Below are positions 20,467-30,701 of a stretch of DNA of 64,000 bases, in pieces; the stretch's first letter is position 1, and each line of letters starts with the position of its first letter. Position numbers and translations under genes: made by a program. The stretch spans positions 1 through 64,000 of IMG/VR virus record IMGVR_UViG_3300035698_007355, one strand, 5' to 3'. A model generated the notes under the pieces. The model ran no database searches. It saw only the letters and a program-made list of their open reading frames with translations, and was not told the DNA's origin. The DNA comes from a virus.

Positions 20467-21561
20467 TTATTTGTATGAAGTTACATTATCAACAAAGAAA
20501 CATTTTACGCTTTTTCCGAAAACTGTTACATCATTGTTTACAATATCTTCTGGTGCTCCATTAATTGCAATATCATCAAAAGTTGCACTTGCAACTACTA
20601 ATCTCATATAATGGTCGCCTGATGCTATTGTTCCTGGAGTTCCACTTTTAATCATATCTAATACAACTTGGTTTTTACCTAATATTTTTTGGTCAGTTGT
20701 AGCTGTTGCAGAACCTAAAAATCTTTGATACATTGCCTTATCTTGATAATGTAGTCCTAATTTTAAGTCATAATCTCTTCCTTTTGGAATGATATACTTT
20801 GCTGCTCTTGCTGAATCTGTTGCTCCACAAGTACCTGCAATATACCAACCTGCTTCTAGGTTGTTATTAACTGAAAAGTCGAAACTTGTTACTTGACATA
20901 ATGCATCACTTTTTAAGCTAGCTTGTGTTGTTATACTTGTAACATTAGCACTTGTTAAATATACGAATCCATCATAAAATACGAATGGGTCTGTTGTATA
21001 TTCTGTAATTGATGATGGTGCTCCTGTTCCAGCTAATACTGTTTTGGCCATCCAATCTACTGAACATTTAACTGGGTCATCAATTGCTCCTGAAATTCCT
21101 AATGAATTTACTCTGCAACCTTTATACGTTCTCTTCAAGTTATTTGTACCTGAAGCTCCAGCGTCTTCATAATCTGTAAATTCAAGTGTAAAACTTGGAA
21201 AGTCATTTACTCCTGGACTATTTGCACTACCCATTACGTGTCTATAAACGGAACTTCCTGCACTTAAAATTTTTGGTCCTTGGTCAGTTGTTGACGTAGT
21301 TCCACTATCTTCTCCCCAAGCTTGTCTTAAAAATGCTCCACCTTGTAAATAATAATCCATTGAACCACTTATTTCAAACTTACCTGGTATTACTGTTTTA
21401 TAATCTCTATTACCACTAAGAGTTCTAATCTTAATTAAATTATTCTTTTCTCCTGGTGATATTGATTGTACTGCTCCTAAATCTCTGTCTGCTGTAGTTT
21501 GTGAACCATATTCGGTTTCATTACCCCATCTGACATATTGTGAATATCCTGCTGATACCAT
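20467..21561 (-). CDS. Major tail tube protein
   Basis: WGNETEYG, ISGSMDY, PSFTLE, YKGCRVNSLGISG, FDFSVNNNLE. Confidence 0.85.
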   Translation of the reverse strand: MVSAGYSQYVRWGNETEYGSQTTADRDLGAVQSISPGEKNNLIKIRTLSGNRDYKTVIPGKFEISGSMDYYLQGGAFLRQAWGEDSGTTSTTDQGPKILSAGSSVYRHVMGSANSPGVNDFPSFTLEFTDYEDAGASGTNNLKRTYKGCRVNSLGISGAIDDPVKCSVDWMAKTVLAGTGAPSSITEYTTDPFVFYDGFVYLTSANVTSITTQASLKSDALCQVTSFDFSVNNNLEAGWYIAGTCGATDSARAAKYIIPKGRDYDLKLGLHYQDKAMYQRFLGSATATTDQKILGKNQVVLDMIKSGTPGTIASGDHYMRLVVASATFDDIAINGAPEDIVNNDVTVFGKSVKCFFVDNVTSYK

Positions 21562-21563
21562 TT

Positions 21564-21815
21564 TTATTCTACCTCCTCTTTGTATTCGTCATACAAATTT
21601 TCTTCTTCGATTTCCTCAATTACTTCAACTTTTTCTTTCTTCTTTGTTTTTTTTTCTTTATAATCACTCACTTTAACCCAATCCTTCGACTTAAGAAAGT
21701 GTTTTGATGCTGTTAAAGGAATGTCATATTCTTTATTTCTTTCTACTACTATTTTATAATTAACACAAACTGCTAAACCTTTAGCCATTGTACCAATATA
21801 TCTTAATTTTACCAT
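21564..21815 (-). CDS. Hypothetical neck/tail region protein
   Basis: ORF with GAGGT RBS in the late operon. Confidence 0.55.
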   Translation of the reverse strand: MVKLRYIGTMAKGLAVCVNYKIVVERNKEYDIPLTASKHFLKSKDWVKVSDYKEKKTKKKEKVEVIEEIEEENLYDEYKEEVE

Positions 21816-21833
21816 TGTTTTACCTCACTTTTA

Positions 21834-22313
21834 TTATCCTTTTACTAAATTCCCTGCTCTATATGGACTTGATACTACTATGAAAATAGCATTAAGAACT
21901 AACTTCGATGCTATTCTTCCAGTTTTTTTCATTGCACCACTTAAATAATGATATCCTGGAAACTGTGAATTATGATAATTTCTAGTATCATCGTTTTTAT
22001 ATGGAATGTTTGCTGCAAATCTACCTAATTCTACCCATTCTGCATATGGGACTCTGTTAGTATCTATAGTCACTACTGCTTGAGCATAATATGCTAATCC
22101 TGTAGTTGAAGGAATATATGTTATTGACTTACCTAATGTACCTTTTGAATTACTATTAGGATTTGCATCTATTGCTTCTTGTAATATTAATTGCGCTTCA
22201 TCTCTCATTGTCCGTGCTACTTCGTTAGCGCCAAATTCCATTCCTAAATTTATAAGTTTGTCTAAATGGAATAATATTGGGTCGATATTGAATTTTGCTG
22301 ATATTTGTATCAT
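21834..22313 (-). CDS. HK97 gp10-like tail completion protein
   Basis: GTLGKSI, PYAEWVELG, GYHYLSGA. Confidence 0.7.
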   Translation of the reverse strand: MIQISAKFNIDPILFHLDKLINLGMEFGANEVARTMRDEAQLILQEAIDANPNSNSKGTLGKSITYIPSTTGLAYYAQAVVTIDTNRVPYAEWVELGRFAANIPYKNDDTRNYHNSQFPGYHYLSGAMKKTGRIASKLVLNAIFIVVSSPYRAGNLVKG

Positions 22314-22314
22314 T

Positions 22315-22797
22315 TTAACAAGTCCCCGACACAAAATACCAAAACCTTACTGATACTGTAGCAGTATATAGTTGTGTATCTGGTTCCATATAAGGTTCAT
22401 TATTATTTACTAATTTTAAACCTGTTATACCATAACTAGCATATGTTGTTTGTTGATTGCCTTTAAGTGCTAACCAAATCTTATCTTGCCATTCTTTAAG
22501 CAATTCTTCATCTTGTAAATATATATTGTCTGTTCCTTTCCATTTAAAAGGTGCTTTAGACCACATCTGAACATCTAAAAATAATACTCGTTGCTCTTTA
22601 AAATCCCAACCAATACCAATTATCTCGCCTATTGATGGTTGTCCTTTTCTAATTTGTATTCTAGGGAATGTAGCTTGTGCTAAAGGTTCATCTGTATGAA
22701 TCCAATTTCTATCTGTATTTGTATACTGCTCACGCGGGTCTTCAAGATTTGCTTGAAGTACAGTTTTAATAGCATTTATAGCAGTTCTATCATTCAT
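22315..22797 (-). CDS. Tail terminator-like protein
   Basis: Position, FPRIQI motif and size. Confidence 0.55.
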   Translation of the reverse strand: MNDRTAINAIKTVLQANLEDPREQYTNTDRNWIHTDEPLAQATFPRIQIRKGQPSIGEIIGIGWDFKEQRVLFLDVQMWSKAPFKWKGTDNIYLQDEELLKEWQDKIWLALKGNQQTTYASYGITGLKLVNNNEPYMEPDTQLYTATVSVRFWYFVSGTC

Positions 22798-22798
22798 T

Positions 22799-22987
22799 TT
22801 ATTCCTCTAAAATTCTAACTTTTCCTTTAATATTGACATCTTCTACTTTGTTACTATCACACATACTCCAGTCCAATTTATGATACTCAGTATATTGTTC
22901 AGCTTTAGATTTTAAACTACCATCTTTATTTTTCTTTACTTGTAATCGTTCATTTTTATGAACGCCATTCTTATTTTCTATTGACAT
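22799..22987 (-). CDS. Hypothetical protein
   Basis: ORF with RBS. Confidence 0.45.
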   Translation of the reverse strand: MSIENKNGVHKNERLQVKKNKDGSLKSKAEQYTEYHKLDWSMCDSNKVEDVNIKGKVRILEE

Positions 22988-23004
22988 TTTATTTCCTCTA
23001 ATTC

Positions 23005-23424
23005 TTATAATTTTGTTTCTACTTTAGCTCCTGCACCAACTCTTAAATATAATAAGCCAGATAGGTCATCATTAATTGTAAGTGTCATCTTATCTTCATC
23101 TTGTAAATTCTGAATATCTACTGGAAATATTGCTCCATCTCTTATTTCAGAAACAACATCTATTGACGGTACTTTAATATTAAATAATATTCTCATTGCG
23201 CCATAGAAAATTTCATTTGAGAAGAATCTTTCGTAACTATCTATATCTCTCTTAAAAACTCTAGATTTGATTATACGACCCTCTGATAGAAAGTGAAAAT
23301 CAAAGTACATTGTGCCTTCATAATAGTATATTCTATTATTTTGTAAGAGAGTTGTAAAATCGTTAAATTTTAAAACTATCGGTTCCATTTTATAATACCT
23401 CTTATTATCGTTCGCCTTGAACAT
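23005..23424 (-). CDS. Hypothetical protein
   Basis: ORF downstream of the promoter at 23485-23499. Confidence 0.5.
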   Translation of the reverse strand: MFKANDNKRYYKMEPIVLKFNDFTTLLQNNRIYYYEGTMYFDFHFLSEGRIIKSRVFKRDIDSYERFFSNEIFYGAMRILFNIKVPSIDVVSEIRDGAIFPVDIQNLQDEDKMTLTINDDLSGLLYLRVGAGAKVETKL

Positions 23425-23484
23425 CTAAAGAACAGGCTCCTTGCCCGTTTAGTTTTACCTATATTACTATAATATAAGTTCACC

Positions 23485-23499
23485 TATTTAAATGTTTCG
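23485..23499 (-). promoter_or_regulatory. BRE-TATA promoter
   Basis: Reverse complement reads CGAAACATTTAAATA. Confidence 0.75.
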
Positions 23500-23512
23500 G
23501 TTTTTGACTACT

Positions 23513-24418
23513 TTACCAACCATAATTACCCATATAAAGGTTCTGTTTGAATTTTTGAGTAAGTTTCTTTAAATTTTGTCCATATATACCATCATAGTGT
23601 TTATAATCTGAACTCATTACAATTCCTAAATGGTCTCCTAACACTTGTTCAATATTTGCAAGTTTATTATTTACAGTTTCTAATTCTTTACTTGATGTTC
23701 CACCTGAAATTGTATCAATTTTTTCTAATAGGAATTTAACAGTTCTATATATACATAATCTATTATATATTTTAGGAACAAAATGTATTTCTACTGTTTG
23801 TCCTCTACTAAATACAAAATTAGAAGATGCATAAGGTAATATTCTAGTCATACCATATTTAAGGTTTGTTTTATAACCATCATCTATAAACAATTCTGTC
23901 ATAGTTCCTGTTCCAACAAAAAATCTATCAATTCTATAAATATCTTGTTGTCCTACAAAAAATGTTTTAAAAGTCGTAGATGTTGTAGTATCATAAGCAG
24001 CATCTGAGGATATTGCATTAATAGGAGTTCCCATTTCTGCATAAACATTCTCGTCTACTTCATCTATTGCAGAGAATATTTCATCATCTGTCCATCTACC
24101 TACAGTATCAACTGCTTCTTTAACATCTGATACTGTACAAAGTTTAACTTTTTCATTATCAGTTATAGGTTCTGAATAATCAGACCAATATGTTGTATCA
24201 CTATCATAAAATCTTACTTTATACCAATTATTCTTTGTACCTGAACCATCTGTATATGTTGTTACCCACGTATTCGCGGCTGTCTTTGCTGCCCCATCAC
24301 TTGTTGCATTTATTGTATCTAGTACTGAATAAGTGCCATAAATAGTAGTTGCTTTGCTAATTTCTGTTGATGTAACTGTATCTTGTTCTGGGTTTTTCCA
24401 ATTTATTTTTTGGGCCAT
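23513..24418 (-). CDS. Head-tail adaptor-like protein with N-terminal Fn3-like domain
   Basis: TYTD...WYKVRFY...SDYSEP, followed by CTVSDVK adaptor-like start. Confidence 0.55.
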   Translation of the reverse strand: MAQKINWKNPEQDTVTSTEISKATTIYGTYSVLDTINATSDGAAKTAANTWVTTYTDGSGTKNNWYKVRFYDSDTTYWSDYSEPITDNEKVKLCTVSDVKEAVDTVGRWTDDEIFSAIDEVDENVYAEMGTPINAISSDAAYDTTTSTTFKTFFVGQQDIYRIDRFFVGTGTMTELFIDDGYKTNLKYGMTRILPYASSNFVFSRGQTVEIHFVPKIYNRLCIYRTVKFLLEKIDTISGGTSSKELETVNNKLANIEQVLGDHLGIVMSSDYKHYDGIYGQNLKKLTQKFKQNLYMGNYGW

Positions 24419-24483
24419 TTTTCCACCTCATTGTTTTCTTTATTTATAAATTTTTCGATATAATATTATTATACGACTTTAAG

Positions 24484-24498
24484 TATTTAAATGTTTCG
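24484..24498 (-). promoter_or_regulatory. BRE-TATA promoter
   Basis: Reverse complement reads CGAAACATTTAAATA. Confidence 0.75.
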
Positions 24499-24505
24499 AT
24501 TATTA

Positions 24506-25669
24506 CTAACGTTCCTTAGTTAATATAGGTTTTGTATAAATATTTGTAGACTTATCTATTATTGGAACTGTTAATGTATTTTCTAATATTGATAAAATAG
24601 GTTTACTATTTATTTCCTCTACATCCATTATTATTGGTTGTCCAGGCATATCATATCCTAATGATAATATTAATGCGTCCGATTGAATAGTCTCATTAAC
24701 AATTATTTTAATGTAAGCATCTGACTCTATACTCTTTATTGGGCATCCCTCTATATAAGCATTTGAATTAATAGTATTTGTATTGAAAATCTTAATATAA
24801 CTATCTGAATCTAAAGCCTCTGTATTATCAATTACTTTAATAAATGCATTACTTATTAAATCATTTTCATATTCTATTATAACATATGCATCTGAATCTA
24901 TTGTTTCTGTATTATCTAATTTTTTGATATAAGCGTCTGAATCTAAAATTTTATTATAACTTGTTTTAATTTGAGCATCTGAATTAATAGTTGAATCATA
25001 TGTATCTTTAATATATGAATCACTATCTATTATTTCTTCATACGCCAAATGTTTAATTTGAGCATCTGAAATAAGGGTCTCAACATTTAATGTTTTAACA
25101 TATGCATCTGAATCTAAAGTTTCTTCATTATTCAACACCTTAATAAATGCTATACTATTTATACTTCCTTCGTATCCACTTTTCTTAATATATGCATCAG
25201 AATCTAAAGTTTCTTCATAAGTTATTTTAACATAACTATCTGAATCAATAGTCTCATCATAAGTTGTTTTAATGTAAGAATCACTATCTATAATTTCTTC
25301 ATTATTCAATGTTTTAATGTAAGAATCACTATCTATAATTTCTTCGTATGCTAAATGTTTAATAATAGCATCAGAATCTAAAGTTTCTTCATAAGTTATT
25401 TTAACATAACTATCTGAATCAATAGTTTCAATATAAGTTGTTTTAATTTGAGCATCTGAATCTAAAGTTTCTTCATTATCAATTACTTTAATAAATGCAC
25501 TAGAATTAATACTAACTTCATAACCTTCTTTCTTTATGTAAGCATTAGATTGAATTGTCTTTTCATTATCTAACTTTTTAATATGAGCATCGCTATCTAA
25601 AATATTTTCTACTAAACTATAGTAGGATTCTCCATATTTTGCAACGCCGTAATAAGCTGAATAAACCAT
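24506..25669 (-). CDS. Repeat protein with ~20 copies of (E)T[IL]DSD[AS]Y[IV]K, fibre-like
   Basis: 14-16 aa repeats are evident in the translation. Confidence 0.75.
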   Translation of the reverse strand: MVYSAYYGVAKYGESYYSLVENILDSDAHIKKLDNEKTIQSNAYIKKEGYEVSINSSAFIKVIDNEETLDSDAQIKTTYIETIDSDSYVKITYEETLDSDAIIKHLAYEEIIDSDSYIKTLNNEEIIDSDSYIKTTYDETIDSDSYVKITYEETLDSDAYIKKSGYEGSINSIAFIKVLNNEETLDSDAYVKTLNVETLISDAQIKHLAYEEIIDSDSYIKDTYDSTINSDAQIKTSYNKILDSDAYIKKLDNTETIDSDAYVIIEYENDLISNAFIKVIDNTEALDSDSYIKIFNTNTINSNAYIEGCPIKSIESDAYIKIIVNETIQSDALILSLGYDMPGQPIIMDVEEINSKPILSILENTLTVPIIDKSTNIYTKPILTKER

Positions 25670-25772
25670 CTTCTATATTATATTATAAAAGCTTATTATT
25701 CTTCTACGACATCTGCCCTATAGAAGTCAAATCTGCCAGTATTGTATTACCTTATTATTATGTATGTTCTCT

Positions 25773-25787
25773 TATTTAAATGTTTTG
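25773..25787 (-). promoter_or_regulatory. BRE-TATA promoter variant
   Basis: Reverse complement reads CAAAACATTTAAATA. Confidence 0.6.
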
Positions 25788-25788
25788 A

Positions 25789-27171
25789 TTATGTTAATTT
25801 TATTATTGCTGCACAATTATTTGTAATTCTCGCTATACAACTATCTCCGACAACATTAATACAAGTAACTAATCCACTCCCACCGCCACTTCCAGCAGTC
25901 ATATTAATACTCATAGCTGAACTTGTTTCAGCACTTGAATCATCAAAATCACAACTAAAATATAAATTGCTAAGGTCATACACTAATCTGTCTGCAAAAG
26001 TAAGTGTGCATATATGGCTTTTTAATCCTGTAGTGCTACAAGCATATGTTGAATTATAATCATGCCTAATTTTTCTCACACTGCAAGTAGCATTTTTGTT
26101 TGTAGTAAAAACTGTTGTTGGTGTTCCGTCAGTCGTGTTACATTGGTTAGTGTTACTATCTCTCCAAGCAGTACATCCTCCATCACTTGTCATATTCCAG
26201 TCAAAAGCGAAGTTAAACACTTGAAGTTCAGCTTCTAAGTTAACGCTTGCATTGTAATTAAGATATGTTGAGCTTGTAAAGTTTGTTGCTCGAACAGTGA
26301 TGTTAAAGATTAATGCTTGACTCTGATTATAATTTGTGTTAATCGTACCATTTGTTGTATCATAAAATGTTCCATTAATAGTAGCATTAAAAATTGTTAA
26401 AGCAGCAGCAGTATAATTGTTTAAAGCTGTTACTTCAAAAAAAGTTGAACCACCACTTGAAAAAGGATATGCTAAACCATCACCATCATTCCATAAATCG
26501 TCTATTTCAGTAGTGTTTAAAACTTTATCAAAAACTGCTATTTCATCACCTGTTTTTGTTGTAGAATAAGAATTATTCCATTGAGTAGTTAATATTGAAA
26601 ATCTAGAATTTGCTTCCTCAACATAAGCATTAGTATTAGTTCCTATACTAACATTATCAGCATACAAAATCATAGCATTAGTAGTTCCGTCATAAGTAAC
26701 TGTTATCATATGAAAACTTCCATCATTTATATCTGTATCCGCAGAATTAATAGCTATATTCCCCCCACCATACATTAAACACATTACACCTGTTCCATCA
26801 TTATTTGTAGTTCTACAAAACCAACCGTCTACTCCTGCTGCTTCCATATCACCCCATAAAAGAATATAATTTCCTGTTTGAGTACTATTAAACCAACCAT
26901 TAACACTCCAATCAGCATTATTTACTAAATTAATACCCGTATTAAATATTTGATTATCATCACCTTCATAACTAGCAGTACCAAGTTTAAAACTATTAGT
27001 TCGTTGGTCTGCGTCAGTAGTAGCAGTATTGCTTGCGTGACTATCAGTAGTTCCTGCACCACTATCCATTTTATAGTATGATACTAAGTCATCAGTTGTA
27101 ATAGCATTAACACTTAAAGGTATTAAGCTAATGATTATACAAGCAATGATTAATAATAGTAATTTGTTCAT
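25789..27171 (-). CDS. Secreted LamG/concanavalin-like domain protein
   Basis: Signal peptide ending VNA; LVSYYKMD, WSVNGWF, FHMITVTYDG, DEIAVFDKVL, LWNDGDG; many sequons. Confidence 0.8.
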   Translation of the reverse strand: MNKLLLLIIACIIISLIPLSVNAITTDDLVSYYKMDSGAGTTDSHASNTATTDADQRTNSFKLGTASYEGDDNQIFNTGINLVNNADWSVNGWFNSTQTGNYILLWGDMEAAGVDGWFCRTTNNDGTGVMCLMYGGGNIAINSADTDINDGSFHMITVTYDGTTNAMILYADNVSIGTNTNAYVEEANSRFSILTTQWNNSYSTTKTGDEIAVFDKVLNTTEIDDLWNDGDGLAYPFSSGGSTFFEVTALNNYTAAALTIFNATINGTFYDTTNGTINTNYNQSQALIFNITVRATNFTSSTYLNYNASVNLEAELQVFNFAFDWNMTSDGGCTAWRDSNTNQCNTTDGTPTTVFTTNKNATCSVRKIRHDYNSTYACSTTGLKSHICTLTFADRLVYDLSNLYFSCDFDDSSAETSSAMSINMTAGSGGGSGLVTCINVVGDSCIARITNNCAAIIKLT

Positions 27172-27995
27172 TTGACAACCTCTAAAGATTCTTTAACTTG
27201 ATACTTAACTTTCATCTCTGAAATTTTAACATCGTAATTTTCAATGTAAGGATATTGACCAACCAATACTGGTTTAACACTTTCTTTACCAATAATATAA
27301 ATTCTTCCTACTTGGTCGAACTCTGTAGAATCTTTACTGGTTTGTTGAAGTATAGGATTACACTCACCAAGGAATGCTTGTCCACAACTAATAAGTCTGG
27401 AACCAAGGTATTGTTTGTAAGGACTCTTTTCATAGTAACCACAACAAGCTCCTGTGATAGTATAATTCATTTTAGGATATACAACTTTGAATCCTAAAGG
27501 TGTACAAACAGTTCGATTAAAAGTTTTCACCACGTCTTTATGTCCACACTTATAATAAACTGTTTCGTTCTTCCACTTACAAGTAGAGTTGTCTTTTGGG
27601 TCTTTACAATCATAAGGAACTAAATGAGTATAGTTACAAGTAATGTTTACTCTCACAGTCTCGTTAAAATATTCTATTTCACAATCTTGTAAGCTTTCAA
27701 CGTGTGGAGTTGTTTTAATTGATAAGTTTAAGTGTTCACTAAGTGGTGTCCAAGCAGCATATGTTCTTCCTTCTTGACATCTAACACTTGCCCTGTTTGG
27801 TTCTGGATAAGTAAGTTTACAAACAGAATCTGCAATTCCATACTTTGATAAGCTAGTACACTCTTTAATAATATTATCTAGTGGACAATAGTATAAGTCT
27901 TCAACGTTATCATTAGTCAAAACTATACCCATTGAAACTATTAAAATAAGTATAACACTACCATAAATCGTGTCTTTAGCTTTAATCTTAACCAT
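27168..27995 (-). CDS. Membrane-anchored Cys-rich exported protein
   Basis: N-terminal TM helix, more than a dozen Cys, 8 N-x-S/T sequons. Confidence 0.65.
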   Translation of the reverse strand: MVKIKAKDTIYGSVILILIVSMGIVLTNDNVEDLYYCPLDNIIKECTSLSKYGIADSVCKLTYPEPNRASVRCQEGRTYAAWTPLSEHLNLSIKTTPHVESLQDCEIEYFNETVRVNITCNYTHLVPYDCKDPKDNSTCKWKNETVYYKCGHKDVVKTFNRTVCTPLGFKVVYPKMNYTITGACCGYYEKSPYKQYLGSRLISCGQAFLGECNPILQQTSKDSTEFDQVGRIYIIGKESVKPVLVGQYPYIENYDVKISEMKVKYQVKESLEVVK

Positions 27996-28247
27996 TTAAC
28001 AAGTCACCCCTGTGACATTATTAGTAATTATTATATCTGTACCATTTTGCATTATACACATATTAGCTGTTTTATTTATAATAACTTTTGGAACATCTAT
28101 AAATGTTGTTGCATTTATTTCTGAAATATTATAAATAGTATTTCCATTATAATTTGTATCATCAAATACTCCATTATCTGCGGCTACTAGCAATACTAAT
28201 AATAATATAATAAAAGTACTAAATATTAATTTATATCCTACTTCCAT
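27996..28247 (-). CDS. Small secreted protein
   Basis: Signal peptide; 5 sequons and 2 Cys in 83 aa. Confidence 0.6.
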   Translation of the reverse strand: MEVGYKLIFSTFIILLLVLLVAADNGVFDDTNYNGNTIYNISEINATTFIDVPKVIINKTANMCIMQNGTDIIITNNVTGVTC

Positions 28248-28359
28248 TTTTATTTACCCCACTCGGCTCTATTTTTTCTAAATTGTTTATATTCTTTTGA
28301 TATTTTTAATTTTACCTCTTCATGCATAATATTTGTAATTTTATTCCATCCCATTTTAA

Positions 28360-30489
28360 TTATCCCCAATTTGCCTTGAGTGTACCATTAACATAAAGCT
28401 CTACTTTTGAATTTGAACTATTATATTTAATATAAGTATCTCCTGCACTTCCTTCAAAATTTATTTTTTGGTCTTGAGCTACAGATATTGCACCTGTGGT
28501 AGTTAATGCTGTTGTAGTTAATAATCCTGTTCCAGCATTATATGTAAGTGTTGCGTCTGTTTGTGGTTCTAATGACCCTGAAGCACTTTCAAATATTCCA
28601 ACAAAACAAGTTGTATCTGTTGTTGTAGCATCTACTGTAACTGTTGCTGAATTTCCTGTACAACTTCCTGAACTTCCAGTACAATTTCCTGTAACATTTC
28701 CAGTTAAAGCTCCAGCAAAATTAGTATCAGCAGTAATAACACCGCCATCTATTGCTCCAGCTCCAACATCTATTGATGTGAATCCTGATGTGATTGAGCC
28801 TGCATTTAAAGCTCCAACTGTTGTTAAATTAGCACACGTTGTTATACTAGCTTGTGTAGCTTGTGTTGTTGCTGTATTAGGAGCAAGCCCAGCTATAGTT
28901 GCTACTGTAGCTGATTCTCCAGTACAACTTCCACTTGACCCTGTAACATCACCTGTTACATTACCTGCAAATCCAGTTGCAGTAAGAATACCTGTTGAAG
29001 AATTAAATGTCAAATTCGTGCCTGTTTTAGCACCTAAGTTTCCTGTTGCAGCAGTTCCAAATAATACATAACAACTTGTGTCTGTACTTTCATCCGCTAA
29101 AGTTATTGCTGTTGCTACTGCGGCAGTACCACCTATATTTAAAGATGATGCTGTACCATCACAATTAGTTAAAGTTCCCGCACTTGGTGTTCCTATATCA
29201 GGAGTTGTTAAAGTTAAACCTGCCAAAGTCAAAGCTGCACTTGCTCTATTTAATGCTACTTCTGTAGTTCCAATATACATTGTAGACGAATTTGCTGCGT
29301 TGTCTCCTGTATTAGCTCCTGAAACTGAAACTGCTCCGCCTCCTATAGTTAAAACAGAATCATCTCCTACATCTGCTGTTAAAGTAAGTGTTCCAGTATT
29401 AACTGTCAATGCTGTTGTAAGTGTTGCATTTGTTACTGTGTCGGCATTACCAGTTAAAGGACCTGTAAGTCCTGTTGCTGTTAACATTCCAGTTCCTGCG
29501 TTATAAGTTAAACCTAAGTCAGTTTGAGGCAATAAATCACCTGTTGCGGCTTCCCATAAACCAACAAAACAAGTAGTATCAGTTGTATCTGTAACTGCTA
29601 TTGTTGTAGGAACTATAGCCGCAGTTCCATCAAAATTTACTCCACCTATTGTTCTTGCTGTTGTAAGTTTAGGTGCTGAAACTATTGTTATTACTGGAGT
29701 AGTTGTAGTTGTAGCAATTGTAGCTGCTCCATTTGCAGAAGTTACACTTGTTACTGTACCTACTTCAGTTGAATATCCATAATCTTCAATCTTTTCTTTA
29801 ATAGCCTGAGAAGTCATTAAACTTGTATCATTATCAACGAACGTTGTACCAATAGTATTTATAGTTGCTCCTGCTCCTATTTGAACCCCCGAATCAGTAA
29901 TTGTAATTCTTTCTGTAGTATTAGTTAATATTTTAATTGTGCCACTTGTTAAAAAATCTATCCTATCCGTAGCACTTCCACCTGCAACATAATTAGTATA
30001 CAAATAATCAAATTTCTTTGCAGTAGAACCTAAATCGTAAGTGCTTATAGTATCAGGAATAATATCTGCATCAACATCGTCTGACCATAAATCACCAGAA
30101 GTTTTACCATTATTCACAACGTGTTCGTCATACATAGTTGTTGTCATTACTCCTGCATTAGTTCCATCTGCTGCCGCAATAGTATCATTAGTTCCATCAC
30201 TTGACTGAATATCTACATTTGTAGGAGCTTCAACTACTGTAATATTAGTAGATACATTAGTATTTTTTAATGTATTTGCGGCTACATCTGTTGCGATATC
30301 TATACCATCAACTGTACCAACGCTTGTAGTAATATTACCACTTAAATCTATAATTTCACCAACTCCTTGAATATTTAAAGATTTAGTATTTATTCTATAA
30401 GTACCATCTTCAATGTAATCTTTTACATCATTGTGGTCGCTTGCAGGTATAATATCTCCTGTTGAACGTTCAACTAATGGAGCTGACAT
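28360..30489 (-). CDS. Tail fibre/spike-like protein
   Basis: Thr/Gly-rich; KLTTARTIGGVNFDGT; three copies of TDT[TS]C[FY]V...LT[YF]N..TG.LT; GNVTG repeats. Confidence 0.75.
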   Translation of the reverse strand: MSAPLVERSTGDIIPASDHNDVKDYIEDGTYRINTKSLNIQGVGEIIDLSGNITTSVGTVDGIDIATDVAANTLKNTNVSTNITVVEAPTNVDIQSSDGTNDTIAAADGTNAGVMTTTMYDEHVVNNGKTSGDLWSDDVDADIIPDTISTYDLGSTAKKFDYLYTNYVAGGSATDRIDFLTSGTIKILTNTTERITITDSGVQIGAGATINTIGTTFVDNDTSLMTSQAIKEKIEDYGYSTEVGTVTSVTSANGAATIATTTTTPVITIVSAPKLTTARTIGGVNFDGTAAIVPTTIAVTDTTDTTCFVGLWEAATGDLLPQTDLGLTYNAGTGMLTATGLTGPLTGNADTVTNATLTTALTVNTGTLTLTADVGDDSVLTIGGGAVSVSGANTGDNAANSSTMYIGTTEVALNRASAALTLAGLTLTTPDIGTPSAGTLTNCDGTASSLNIGGTAAVATAITLADESTDTSCYVLFGTAATGNLGAKTGTNLTFNSSTGILTATGFAGNVTGDVTGSSGSCTGESATVATIAGLAPNTATTQATQASITTCANLTTVGALNAGSITSGFTSIDVGAGAIDGGVITADTNFAGALTGNVTGNCTGSSGSCTGNSATVTVDATTTDTTCFVGIFESASGSLEPQTDATLTYNAGTGLLTTTALTTTGAISVAQDQKINFEGSAGDTYIKYNSSNSKVELYVNGTLKANWG

Positions 30490-30689
30490 TATAAATCACT
30501 CTCCTTATCAAACATAACTTCTAAAAATAATGATACATTATGTCCGCCTAAAGAAATCTTTTGGTCATTTAACGCCCATTTTTCAAAATCTTCGAGAGAA
30601 TACTTAGTACCTGATAGAATTTTCTGTGCTTGTACTGAAATAGTAATTTCAACTTCTTTTCTAAACGTTTTTTGTTTTATTTCGTTCAT
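30489..30689 (-). CDS. Hypothetical protein
   Basis: ORF with GAGGTG RBS. Confidence 0.5.
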   Translation of the reverse strand: MNEIKQKTFRKEVEITISVQAQKILSGTKYSLEDFEKWALNDQKISLGGHNVSLFLEVMFDKESDL

Positions 30690-30701
30690 TGTATTGCACC
30701 T

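Noticed and set aside
20467-24418. Contractile tail
   Set aside because: No sheath or baseplate wedge (gpJ-like) gene recognised.
28496-29506. Long + strand ORFs (191 and 142 aa)
   Set aside because: Antisense shadows of the Thr/Gly/Ala-rich tail fibre gene; no RBS or promoter.
9304-30489. Diversity-generating retroelement acting on adhesins
   Set aside because: No reverse transcriptase and no adenine-specific TR/VR pair seen in this window.
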